A stretch of 64,000 bases of DNA from an uncultured Gemmatimonadales bacterium (GTDB taxonomy: Bacteria; Gemmatimonadota; Gemmatimonadetes; Gemmatimonadales; Gemmatimonadaceae). The notes beneath the pieces were generated by a model that saw only the letters and a list, made by a program, of their open reading frames with translations, was not told the DNA's origin and did no database searches. A program made the translations under genes and the position numbers. The DNA lies in NCBI GenBank assembly GCA_963793305.1, contig CAWBZV010000002.1, positions 736,001 through 800,000 on the forward strand, written 5' to 3'. Position 1 is the first letter of the stretch. Every line of letters starts with the position of its first letter. This document shows, piece by piece, positions 19,970 to 29,548 of the stretch.

Positions 19970-20851
19970 ATGCTCGTCCTACTCGACGAAGACAAGATTC
20001 GTGCGGCGCTCAGCTACGAAAAGCTGATTCCCACAATGTCCCGAGCGCTCGCCGCGTTCTCGACCGGACGCGTGACCCAGCCCGTCCGCACGATTCTCAG
20101 CATCCCCGACCACTCGGCCTTCTACGGCGTGATGCCGGTCGCCGACGAGACGATGCTCGGGGCCAAGCTCGTGACCGTCTATCCGCACAGTGAGCCGACA
20201 CACAAGGCGGTCATTCAGCTGTTCGATGCGGCGACCGGAACCCCTCTCGCCGTGCTCGATGGCCGGCTGATCACCGAGATGCGAACGGCTGCCGTCTCTG
20301 CCGTCGCCACGCAACTCCTGGCGTCGCCAAACGCACACACGTTGGCGATCCTCGGCAGCGGCGTCCAGGCGCGAGCACACGTCGCCGCGCTCCGGCTGGT
20401 GCGCACGTTCGACCAGATTCGGGTGTGGAGCCGCAACGTGGAGCACGCGAAGCGGTTCGCCGACGAGGTCGGAGCCCAAGTGACCTCGGCAGAAGAGGCC
20501 GTGCGCGGCGCCGACGTCGTCGTGACGGTGACGCACTCTCCAACCCCGGTTCTCCTCGGTGATTGGCTCTCCGACCGCGCCCTGGCAATCGCGGTCGGCG
20601 CCGTTGGCCGATCGACGCGCGAGCTGGACACGGCGGCGATGGCGGCCACGGTGATCGTAGACTCGCGAGCGGCCGCTGAACAGGAAGCCGGAGACATCAT
20701 CCTCGCGGGGGCCACAATCTACGCCGAGCTCGGGGAGCTGATCGCGGCCACGCAGCAGGTACCGCCCGAAGGGCGTACCGTATTCAAATCGCTCGGCCTG
20801 GCCATCGAAGACCTAGCCGCCGCACGACTCGTCTACGAGGCGCTCGCATGA
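19970..20851 (+). CDS. Ornithine cyclodeaminase / mu-crystallin family protein
   Basis: ITEMRTAAVSA, ILGSGVQA, FKSLGLAIEDLAAA. Confidence 0.92.
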   Translation: MLVLLDEDKIRAALSYEKLIPTMSRALAAFSTGRVTQPVRTILSIPDHSAFYGVMPVADETMLGAKLVTVYPHSEPTHKAVIQLFDAATGTPLAVLDGRLITEMRTAAVSAVATQLLASPNAHTLAILGSGVQARAHVAALRLVRTFDQIRVWSRNVEHAKRFADEVGAQVTSAEEAVRGADVVVTVTHSPTPVLLGDWLSDRALAIAVGAVGRSTRELDTAAMAATVIVDSRAAAEQEAGDIILAGATIYAELGELIAATQQVPPEGRTVFKSLGLAIEDLAAARLVYEALA

Positions 20852-21615
20852 TGCAAGGGAAAGTCGCACTGGTGACCGGTGGCAGCTCGGGAATCGGTCT
20901 CGCCACCGCCCACCTGTTCGCGCGACACGGCGCTTCGGTTGTCATTGCCGCGCGGAATCCCCAACGCGGCGCCGCGGCGCTGTATGCGCTGCGCGCGGCC
21001 GGAGCCGACGCGGAATTCGTGCAGACGGACGTCTCCCTGAATGACGAAGTCTCGGCCCTCGTGCGCGCGGTCATCGAGCGCTACGACCGCCTGGATTTCG
21101 CGGTGAACAGCGCCGCGACCGACGAGGTCGGGATGGGACTCACCGCGGACTTGAGCGAAGCAGACTTCGACTCGGCGATCGCACTCAACTTGAAGAGCGT
21201 CTGGCTGTGCATGAAGTACGAGATCAAGCGGATGCTCGAGCAGCGAGAGGGCGGCTCGATCGTGAACGTCTCCTCGGTGAATGGACTGGGCGGCGTCCCC
21301 GGCGCCGGCACGTATGCGGTCGCCAAAGCCGGCGTCATCGCCCTCGCGAAATCGGCCGCGATGGAGTACGCCGCCCGGCGTATCCGAGTCAATGCGCTCG
21401 TCGCCGGGGCGTATGACACGCCGTTGCTTCGGAGGGCGGTCGAGCGATACGCGAAAGGCGACACGAGCGCCTATATCAGCCGCATTCCACTGGGGCGGAT
21501 AGGGAACCCCGAAGAGGCGGCCGAAGCGGCCCTGTGGCTCTGCTCGGACGCGTCGAGCTATGTCACCGGGAACGCCCTCATCGTCGACGGCGGCATGACG
21601 AGCTGGGCGCGTTGA
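20848..21615 (+). CDS. Short-chain dehydrogenase/reductase
   Basis: TGGSSGIG, NVSS, YAVAK, VTGNALIVDGG. Confidence 0.93.
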   Translation: MMQGKVALVTGGSSGIGLATAHLFARHGASVVIAARNPQRGAAALYALRAAGADAEFVQTDVSLNDEVSALVRAVIERYDRLDFAVNSAATDEVGMGLTADLSEADFDSAIALNLKSVWLCMKYEIKRMLEQREGGSIVNVSSVNGLGGVPGAGTYAVAKAGVIALAKSAAMEYAARRIRVNALVAGAYDTPLLRRAVERYAKGDTSAYISRIPLGRIGNPEEAAEAALWLCSDASSYVTGNALIVDGGMTSWAR

Positions 21616-21649
21616 CAGCCTGGCGGTACCATGGTACCTATGTACCATG
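21612..21649 (+). promoter_or_regulatory. Sigma70-like promoter with overlapping GGTACC palindromic operator
   Basis: TTGACA at 21612; perfect palindrome GGTACCATGGTACC 21625-21638; third GTACCATG over the ATG. Confidence 0.6.
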
Positions 21650-21883
21650 GAAATCGAACGTGTTCAAACCGGTGTCCGGCTGGAGAAGCGCACCCTGAAA
21701 GTGCTCAAGGGGCTCGCCGAGTACCTCGACTTGTCGCTGGGCGACCTGCTCGAGGGAGTCATCTGGCACGCGTTCGAGGGGCGCGCGCCGTTCGCGCCGG
21801 AGACGGTGGAGCAGATCCAACGGCTTCGGACCGTGTATGGCCTCACGCTGACCGCGGAGGACAGTCATCGCCATGCGGACTGA
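21647..21883 (+). CDS. Small protein, ribbon-helix-helix-like
   Basis: Beta-strand VQTGVRL followed by two amphipathic helices. Confidence 0.6.
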   Translation: MEIERVQTGVRLEKRTLKVLKGLAEYLDLSLGDLLEGVIWHAFEGRAPFAPETVEQIQRLRTVYGLTLTAEDSHRHAD

Positions 21884-22181
21884 GCGCATCCTCGCGGTGT
21901 ACCGGGCGATTTTTGTCGCGACCATTGTCGCGCTGAGCGTCGAGACGATGACGCACGCGAAATCGCTGGCCGATCACCATTTCTGGCTCGCGGCCATCGA
22001 GATCGTGGCATCGCTCCTCCTCCTGTTCAGGCGGACGCAGCGTGCCGGACTGCCCCTGTTGCTCGCCGTGTTCAGCGTTGCGATCGTCGTCAACGTCGCG
22101 AGCGGCGGCCTGCCATTCGGCCTCGTGTTGTTCGGAGCGAGCGCGGTGACTATCGTGTTGCTCGATGGGGCAATACGCTGA
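21873..22181 (+). CDS. Small membrane protein
   Basis: About four hydrophobic segments; overlaps neighbouring genes in an operon-like way. Confidence 0.6.
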   Translation: MRTERILAVYRAIFVATIVALSVETMTHAKSLADHHFWLAAIEIVASLLLLFRRTQRAGLPLLLAVFSVAIVVNVASGGLPFGLVLFGASAVTIVLLDGAIR

Positions 22182-22917
22182 GTCCAGTCCGAGCGCGGCG
22201 CTCGCGCCGTGGGTGGAGTGCTATTGGTCGATTACGGCGACCGATGCGGCGCCGGGGGTCGATCGCATCCTCCCCGATGGGTGCGCCGATGTCATCATCG
22301 ATCTCAGCACGAGCCCCCACGCGTTCGTCGTTGGTACGATGAGCACGGCATTGCTGACGCCGCGCGAGGGCCGGGTGGCGATGTTCGGCATCCGCTTCCG
22401 GCCGGGCGCGGCGTTCCCGTTTCTCGGGGTGCCGTTGCGCGAGATCACGGATCGGCGGGTGGCCCTCGACGGACTGTGGGGCGCTCGCACCGACGAGCTT
22501 ATCGACGCGGTCATCCAGGGGCACGTCGAGCGCGTGCTCACGCCGCCTCGCATCGCGAGAGAAGACGAGATCGTCCCGCGGGCGGTCGCACTGTTTCGGC
22601 GCGCGCGCGGTGGCGCGGCCGTGCGCGACGTTGCCGCCGCGCTCGGACTTGGAGAGCGGCGGCTGCACCGCGCGTTCGACCGGTGCGTTGGATTGTCGCC
22701 CAAAGGCTTTGCGCGCGTGATGCGATTTCGCGAGGTGTACCAGCAGGTGCAACGCGGGGCAGCGCTTCCGTGGACGCGCATGGCCGGCGACGCTGGGTAT
22801 GCGGATCAACCGCATCTCATCCGGGAGTTTCAGGCGCTGGCCGGGCTGACCCCGGCTCAGTATGCGGTTGAACGAGGCGTCCGATTCATTCAATACGGGG
22901 GGAAGAGCGAGGAATAG
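22165..22917 (+). CDS. AraC family transcriptional regulator
   Basis: ILPDGCAD N-domain; GLSPKGFARVMRF, GYADQPHLIREF..GLTP. Confidence 0.9.
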   Translation: MGQYAESSPSAALAPWVECYWSITATDAAPGVDRILPDGCADVIIDLSTSPHAFVVGTMSTALLTPREGRVAMFGIRFRPGAAFPFLGVPLREITDRRVALDGLWGARTDELIDAVIQGHVERVLTPPRIAREDEIVPRAVALFRRARGGAAVRDVAAALGLGERRLHRAFDRCVGLSPKGFARVMRFREVYQQVQRGAALPWTRMAGDAGYADQPHLIREFQALAGLTPAQYAVERGVRFIQYGGKSEE

Positions 22918-22946
22918 GTTGACGGCGTCTCCAACAGGATTCGCCA

Positions 22947-23360
22947 ATGCGATACGCGGTATTGCTCGCCACCCTCGCCCTTACTCCCATGAGCCCCGAA
23001 CAACAACAGACGCCCGCGGACCACGATCATCGCATCGATTACATCGAGATGCCGGCGACGAATATCGCTGCCACCAAGAAATTCTACATCGATGCATTCG
23101 GCTGGAAATTCACGGACTACGGCCCCGACTACACGAGCTTCGCCGATGGGCGACTGTCCGGTGGATTCACGAAGGCCCCCACGGTACAACGCGGTGGCGC
23201 CCTGATCGTGATCTTCGCCGTCGATCTCGCCGACGCCGAGAAGCGCGTGCGCGCGGCTGGCGGAACCATCACGAAGCCCGTGTTCAGCTTCCCCGGTGGA
23301 CACCGATTCCACTTTACTGACCCGAGCGGGAACGAGCTCGCCGTTTGGTCGGATAGGTAA
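22947..23360 (+). CDS. VOC/glyoxalase family protein with signal-like N-terminus
   Basis: IDYIE, FYIDAFGW, FSFPGGHRFHFTDPSGNELAVWS. Confidence 0.9.
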   Translation: MRYAVLLATLALTPMSPEQQQTPADHDHRIDYIEMPATNIAATKKFYIDAFGWKFTDYGPDYTSFADGRLSGGFTKAPTVQRGGALIVIFAVDLADAEKRVRAAGGTITKPVFSFPGGHRFHFTDPSGNELAVWSDR

Positions 23361-23379
23361 ACGGGTATATGTTGATTTC

Positions 23380-24105
23380 ATGTCGATCGCATTGATCGTC
23401 ACCGTTTTCGGTGCATTGATCGTGCTGGAGCCAGCCGAGGGAGTCTTCACCCCGACTCCGAACGGGATGTTCTATTCCCGATCGATCCGGATCGGGCGCG
23501 GCGAGCGAGTGATCGACATTGGGACCGGCTCGGGCATACTCGCCGTCGCCGCGGCGAAGGCAGGCGGGCAGGTGGTCGCCACCGACATCGACCCCCGCGC
23601 CGTCGCCGCGGCGGAGCGCAATGCGGCCCTCAATAGCGTGTCGATCGATATCGCGGTCGGCGCGCTGTTCGGCCCATTCACGGGCCCGTTCGAGGTCATT
23701 CTGGCGAATCTCCCCAACGAGATCATCGCCCCGGCATACCTCGCCCGCCTGGCGCCGGACGAAGCACGCACGTTCTCGGGCGGCGAGCAGGGGAACGAGC
23801 ATCTGCTGGCGCTCATGGCCGTCGCCGACCGCTATATGCACGCTCGATCGCGGCTGTACCTCGGCGTCCACTCGCTGACGGACTATCACGGGACGTTGCG
23901 GGCGGCGCTCGGGCGCTACGCGGTTCGCCTCATCGACTTCTCGGCGTTGCCCGCCAAGCCGTTTGTGGCCGAAAACCTGGATTTCTACCGTGCATTGGCC
24001 GATGCCGGCACGATCCAGATCTTCCAGGCCCCAGACGGCCAGTGGCAGACATACGGTTACGTGTACGAGCTGACCTGGCCCGAGTCCCTCAGTCGCGTGG
24101 CGTGA
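23380..24105 (+). CDS. Class I SAM-dependent methyltransferase (HemK/PrmA-like); start uncertain
   Basis: VIDIGTGSG, ATDID, ILANLP. Confidence 0.8.
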   Translation: MSIALIVTVFGALIVLEPAEGVFTPTPNGMFYSRSIRIGRGERVIDIGTGSGILAVAAAKAGGQVVATDIDPRAVAAAERNAALNSVSIDIAVGALFGPFTGPFEVILANLPNEIIAPAYLARLAPDEARTFSGGEQGNEHLLALMAVADRYMHARSRLYLGVHSLTDYHGTLRAALGRYAVRLIDFSALPAKPFVAENLDFYRALADAGTIQIFQAPDGQWQTYGYVYELTWPESLSRVA

Positions 24106-24136
24106 CCGCCGGGGTTACGCAACAGTCGATAGAGGT

Positions 24137-24949
24137 ATGCGTCCCGCGATGCTCGTGCTCGCGATCACTCTGATCGCCACCCAGGCTCACGCCCAAGCCG
24201 ATTCCGCGGCCGACGTGTTCCATAAGGTGAGCGATTCGAGCCATACGTCGAGCTCCTCCAGCGATGTGTTCCGGCGTGCCGCCCAGGCCCGGGACGCGGC
24301 CCAGAATCGGCCGGACGTTATCGCGACCGACCCGAATCAGGTCGAAGCACAGGTCGTGCGGCGCGACAGTATCGATATTCTCAAGCGCGCGCCCGCTGGC
24401 GCTGCGGCGCCCGCGCCCGCACCTGCACCGGCTAATAGCAGCGCCGCACCAGTATCACCCGCTATCGCCGCCCTCGGCGCCGCGTTCACGGCTGCTGGGC
24501 CGCCAGACGCCACACCAGCGGTCGCTCCGAAACCGCGCCGCGCGCCAACCTCGAATGGCTCGATTGCGCACAAGCCCGCGCCAGCCGAGCCAGCAGCGCC
24601 GCCGGTCGAGCACGCAACCGTCGTCACGTCCGGCACCGCGCCGGCGCTCACGCGGATGGGTGCGATGCCGGCGCCCGCCGCGCCCGCAAAGCCCGTCTTC
24701 AACGACACGGTGACGACGCTGGAGCGGGAGGCGGCGACAGTGAGCCAGGATGTCGCGCCGAAGTACGCAACCGAGAAGGCCTCAATGGACAGCGTTCGCG
24801 ACAAGCACAACGCGAAGCTCGACAGCCTGGAAGCCACCGAGAGCTCGATCAAGGACTCGACGGAGCGCCGGTTCGAGCACAAGATGGCCGAAGCCGCGCG
24901 GCTCAAGAGCGCCAAAGCCCACTCCGACAGCGCAGCCAAGCAGCACTGA
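24137..24949 (+). CDS. Secreted Ala/Pro-rich low-complexity protein
   Basis: Signal peptide ending AHA; Pro/Ala-rich middle; helical charged C-terminus. Confidence 0.6.
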   Translation: MRPAMLVLAITLIATQAHAQADSAADVFHKVSDSSHTSSSSSDVFRRAAQARDAAQNRPDVIATDPNQVEAQVVRRDSIDILKRAPAGAAAPAPAPAPANSSAAPVSPAIAALGAAFTAAGPPDATPAVAPKPRRAPTSNGSIAHKPAPAEPAAPPVEHATVVTSGTAPALTRMGAMPAPAAPAKPVFNDTVTTLEREAATVSQDVAPKYATEKASMDSVRDKHNAKLDSLEATESSIKDSTERRFEHKMAEAARLKSAKAHSDSAAKQH

Positions 24950-24983
24950 TACACGCGTCGGGCCGTAGATTTGGGCCTGACTC

Positions 24984-26013
24984 GTGTACTCGACCTGCCT
25001 TTTCTGTCACGCGTCACTCGGCGCGAATCAGGTCATCGAACAGCTGCCCATTGGCCGGCGGCTCGCGTTCGACGGTGCGCACGGACGTTTGTGGGTCGTC
25101 TGCGCCAGGTGCCGCCGCTGGAACCTGACGCCGATCGAGGAGCGCTGGGAGGCCATCGAGGAGTGCGAGCGCCAGTATCGCACGGCGCGTGTACGGGCCT
25201 CGACCGATGAGATCGGCCTGGCGCGCCTCCCTGAGGGCCTGGAGCTCGTCCGCATCGGCAAGCCGCCACGGCTCGAGCTCGCGGCATGGCGCTATGTGGA
25301 TGCGTTCCGGCGCCGTCGCCAGCAGGCGCTCATTGCCGGCGCGGTGTCGGTCGCGGCAGTCGCCGGGTTGGTGGCTGGTGGGTATGCGGTTGTCGGCACA
25401 GGAGCGCTGACGTTGCTCGATCATCAACGGCTACAACCTCTACAGGAGCCGGCGCGTCGTTCATCGCGTCGTCGACCCGTACGGGCGGCGCCTCGATGTG
25501 CGTGAGAGTCTGGTCCGCACGGTTCGATGGATACCGTCCGCGCCCGGCGCGCCTCTCTCGATCGACGTGCAGCGCAGGCGACACCGCGGGGCCTCGCGGA
25601 CGTCACTTGTCGGCGATTCCGCGGAGAACGCATTACGGCCCGTGCTCGCGCACATGAACCGGTACGCGGGGCGAACGGCTCTGGTCCGAGAGGCCGTCGA
25701 TCGACTCAACCGAGGCGGCGATCCGATCGTCTGGGGCGCCCCAGTCGCGCGCCGGGTCTCCCTCGTGGCCGGTATTCCCGAGGGTAATCCGATACCGCTC
25801 TATAAGCTGCACGCACCCGACCGCCTCGCGTTCGAGATGAGCTTGGCCGAGCGGGACGAGCAGCGACTGCTGGAGGGCGAGCTTGCGGGACTGGAGCTCG
25901 CGTGGCGCGAGGCGGAGGAGATCGCCGCGATCGCGGACAACCTGTTGTTGCCGGAGTCGGTGACGGCATGGCTCCGGCGGCAGAAATCAAATCAAGATCG
26001 CAGTACGTCGTAG
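24984..26013 (+). CDS. Uncharacterised Cys-rich (2x CxxC) membrane protein, paralog 1 (frameshift at ~25413)
   Basis: MYSTCLFCH...LWVVCARCRRWNLTPIEERWEAIE; C-terminal LEGELAGLELAWREAEEIAAIADNL in the next frame; paralog at 29549. Confidence 0.78.
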
Positions 26014-26634
26014 CGCTTGCGCGCGTCGTCGGTCGACTTGGCTTGCACGTAGTAATGCTCGACGCCAGCTGCTTTGGCTGCCCGCACCGTGTCCACGTTT
26101 GCCGCGTCGTCCAGATCTAGGGCGAAGCGCCGTGGCCCAGGTGTCTTGGCCTCGAACCAGACGAGGGCTGGGTCCGTCTCTGCCAGTAGCACGCTCGCCT
26201 CGTCACCGACAACGCGATACGCGAACCGCAGGCCGGCCTTTCTCGTGGTTTCTCCAGCGCGATTGAACAGGGCCGCGAGCTCGTGCCAGTCCTCTTGCGT
26301 GCGCCGCTCCTCAGGGTCCACCCGACCACACACGAAATATCGACACCCCAAAGATGCGGCAACGCCGAGATGTCGCTCCAATCCTCGATACAGCAGCGGC
26401 GTGGTCACGTGAACCGCCGACGCATTGAGTCCCGCTTGCTTGAGCGCTGTACGGAGGCCTGGCGCGTACAACTCGTTTACCGCCACATTCTCGATAACCA
26501 ATCGCGGCGACTGTTGCGAGCGTGGCGTCGTCGTACGCGGTCAGTTCCAGGCCGAGTGCGGCTTGCTGGCGGCGACGGGATGTGGTCGAGACCAGCGCGG
26601 CGGCCGACGTGGCAATAAAAGATCGTCGATTCAC
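25992..26634 (-). CDS. Degenerate sugar-phosphate isomerase/epimerase with Tat-like leader (frameshift at ~26488)
   Basis: NRRSFI leader; VAAIGYR, HELAALFNRAG, AETDP shared with the neighbouring paralog. Confidence 0.65.
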
Positions 26635-27393
26635 ACGTCGAGTCCGCTCAGATGCGTGTACGCGGCGCGGACCGCGTCGATGCCTGGCCCGACGGGCGCG
26701 TCTTCCTCGACATACCAATACCGGATGCCGGTGTCGATCGCGGTATGCAAGATGTCGCGGAAGTCGATGCGCCCGCGCCCGACCGTCGTGATGCCCCGCC
26801 GCGGCCAGGACTGCATGTCCTTGAGGTGCAACGTCGAGACGCGGCCGGCGAGTCGACGCAGCTCGTGCACGGGGTCACGCCCACCGTGCAACATCCAATA
26901 CACGTCCATTCTGAAAGTGCACGAGCTTCGGGTCGGTCTCGGCCACCACGATGTCGTACGGGATCGCGCCCTCCATCGGCGTGAGCTCGGCGTCGTGATT
27001 ATGGTAGCAGAACGTGAGTCCGTGCTGCTGGGCGATGGCGGCGCACCGGTTGAAGAGCGCGGCGAGCTCGTGATAATCCTGAAGCGTCTGGCGCTCGGGA
27101 AATGGCACGTCGGCGAGCGTGATGAACTTGGCGCCGAGCACGTTGGCGTAGTCGAGGAATCGCTCCCAGCCGCGATATAACGCCGTTGTGCGTACCCGCG
27201 CGGACGTACACGCCAGTCCAACCCGATCGAGAATGGCGCGGGTCGCCGGAGCTTCGAGGGTGCTCTCGTAGATGTACATGTCGAGGTCGCGGTAGCCGAT
27301 CGCGGCGACTTGCCGCATCGTCCCCTCGAAATCGCGCTGCACCTCGCTCCGCACCGTGATGACCGCGAGCCCGACGTGATCGAGTTTCGCCAT
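26631..27393 (-). CDS. Sugar-phosphate isomerase/epimerase, TIM barrel (frameshift at ~26909)
   Basis: YHNHDAE, MDVYW, LHLKD, VGRGRIDF, YVEED. Confidence 0.88.
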
Positions 27394-27400
27394 CAGCGCG

Positions 27401-29078
27401 TCAGATCTCGCGCCGGTTCATGGACGCGACCGCGTGGTCACACGCGCGCGCCGTGAGCGCCATGTAGGTGAGCGAGGGGTTCTGCCAGCCGCTCGAACGT
27501 CATGCACGAGCCGTCGGTCACGTAGAGATTCGGCACGTCATGCGCGCGGTTGTTGGCGTCGAGCACGCTGGTCTTGGGATCACGGCCCATCCGCGCCGTG
27601 CCCATTTCATGATTCGCGCTGCCCATGACGCTCGGCTGCGTGGCGGGCTTGATGTTCGTCGCACCGGCGGCGTCGAGGAGCTCGGTCGCCGTCGCCGACA
27701 TGTCGTAGTGCAGCGCGCGCTCGTTCGGTGACCAGCCCGCCTCGATATGCAGCACGGGGATACCCCACGCGTCGACCCGACTCGGATCCAGCGTCACGCG
27801 GTTCTCCTCGCGTGGCAAGCACTCGGCGTAGCCCCAGAACGACATCGTCCATGGGCCGAGTGTACTGAGTCGCTTCTTGAGATCGGCGCCAATGCCTCGA
27901 CTGAACATGCCGTCGCCCCACTCGAGGCGCCGCGCGCCCCCTTGGAACCCGTAGCCTCGGAGAAATGCGGCCTTGCTGTTCACGTTGCGGAAACGCGGAA
28001 TGTAAATGCCATTCGGGCGGATCCCGACGACATGGCGATCCGTGTATCCAGGGATCTCGCCGGTCGCGCCGCCGCCCTTGATATGGTCCATGACGTTGCG
28101 CCCGACTTGTCCGCTGGAATTGGCGATGCCGGAGTGGAGCAGGAGTCGCGCGCTCTCGAGCGCCGAGGCGCACAGGAAGACGACGCGCGCGCGATATTCC
28201 GTGACGGCTTTGGTCTTGGCGTCGATGACCCGGACGCCGGTGAGGAGACCCGTGGCATCGTTGTACAGGAGACGCTCGACGATGCTGAATGGCTTGAGCG
28301 TCAGGCGCCCGGTTGCCGCGGCCGCGGGCAATGTCGCGTTGATGCTGCTGAAGTACGACCGCGTGACGCAGCCTCGCTGGCACGGGCCACAGTAATGACA
28401 GGGATCACGACCGTTGAGCGGCGCCGTCAGATTGGCGACGCGGCCGATCGTCATCACCCGGTCACGGCCGAACTTGGCGCTGATCGCCGAGCGCACGTGC
28501 TCTTCGACCACGTTCATCGCCATCGGTGGCAGGAACTGGCTGTCGGGAAGCTGCGCGAGCCCTTCGGCCTTCCCGCTCACGCCGATGTAGCGTTCGACGT
28601 GGTCATACCACGGCGCGAGGTCCGCATACCGGATCGGCCAGTCGACCGCGATCCCATCACGGAGATTGGCCTCGAAATCCAGATCACTCCAGCGATAGAC
28701 CTGGCGTCCCCAGATGATCGACTTGCCGCCGACCTGGCGTGCGCGGAACCAGTTGAAGGGCTTGTCGGCCGGCGTCGTGTAGGGGTTGTCGACGTTGTCG
28801 GTCCAGAACCGATGGCTCATCCCGTCGAACGAGACGGAATGACGCTGAACGGCCTGGCGCGCTTCGATGGTCCTCTTGTCGCCGAGCCCGCGGAATGGCA
28901 TCTCCCACGGCGGCACGTGCTCGACGGCATTGCGCACGGGATCGACCGGACGCCCGGCTTCGAGCACGAGCGTCTGGAGCCCCCGCTGTGTCAGATCCTT
29001 CGCCGCCCAGCCGCCCGTGATGCCCGAGCCGACGACGATCGCGTCGAAGTCGCGTTGCTCAGTGCGCGTACGGGGCAT
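27401..29078 (-). CDS. GMC family oxidoreductase (frameshift at ~27496)
   Basis: IVVGSGITGG, VGGKSIIWG, CHYCGPC, HEMGTARMG; corrected end SSGWQNPSLTYMALTARA. Confidence 0.92.
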
Positions 29079-29541
29079 TGCCGTCGTAGCGCCAGGGCAG
29101 GGGCCAGTTTCCGAGCTCGCGGGTTTCCCCGATCTCCGACGTGTAGTACCCCCAGATCGTGAGGTACTTGAGCATCGAGAACCAGTGGCCTTCGGTCGCC
29201 TCGTTGTCGAGGCGCTCGATGATCGCCGTCTGCTGCACGGAGGGCTGTTCGAGGAACCGCTGATCGTCGAGCTCGGCCAGGCCCGCCAGGAAGCGCTTTT
29301 GCTCCGCGGGGGTATACCAGTCGGCGAGCATCGCGTCGATGAAACGATCGACGTGTGCGTCCGCCGCACCCGGGGTGTCTGTCGCGGGAATGATATGCTC
29401 CGATGCCGCGATCACGATCGCGTCTTGATGCGGGGTCAGCACGCGCAGCGTTCCCATGCGCGCGAGCGCGTGTGCATGTTTCCCGAGGGCCAGAAGACCG
29501 ACGGTACCGGCCATCGCGCGCAATGACTCCCGCCGATCCAT
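29059..29541 (-). CDS. Gluconate 2-dehydrogenase subunit 3 family protein (Tat)
   Basis: MDRRESL, IIPATDTPGA, GYYTSEIG. Confidence 0.9.
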   Translation of the reverse strand: MDRRESLRAMAGTVGLLALGKHAHALARMGTLRVLTPHQDAIVIAASEHIIPATDTPGAADAHVDRFIDAMLADWYTPAEQKRFLAGLAELDDQRFLEQPSVQQTAIIERLDNEATEGHWFSMLKYLTIWGYYTSEIGETRELGNWPLPWRYDGNAPYAH

Positions 29542-29548
29542 AGTCAGA

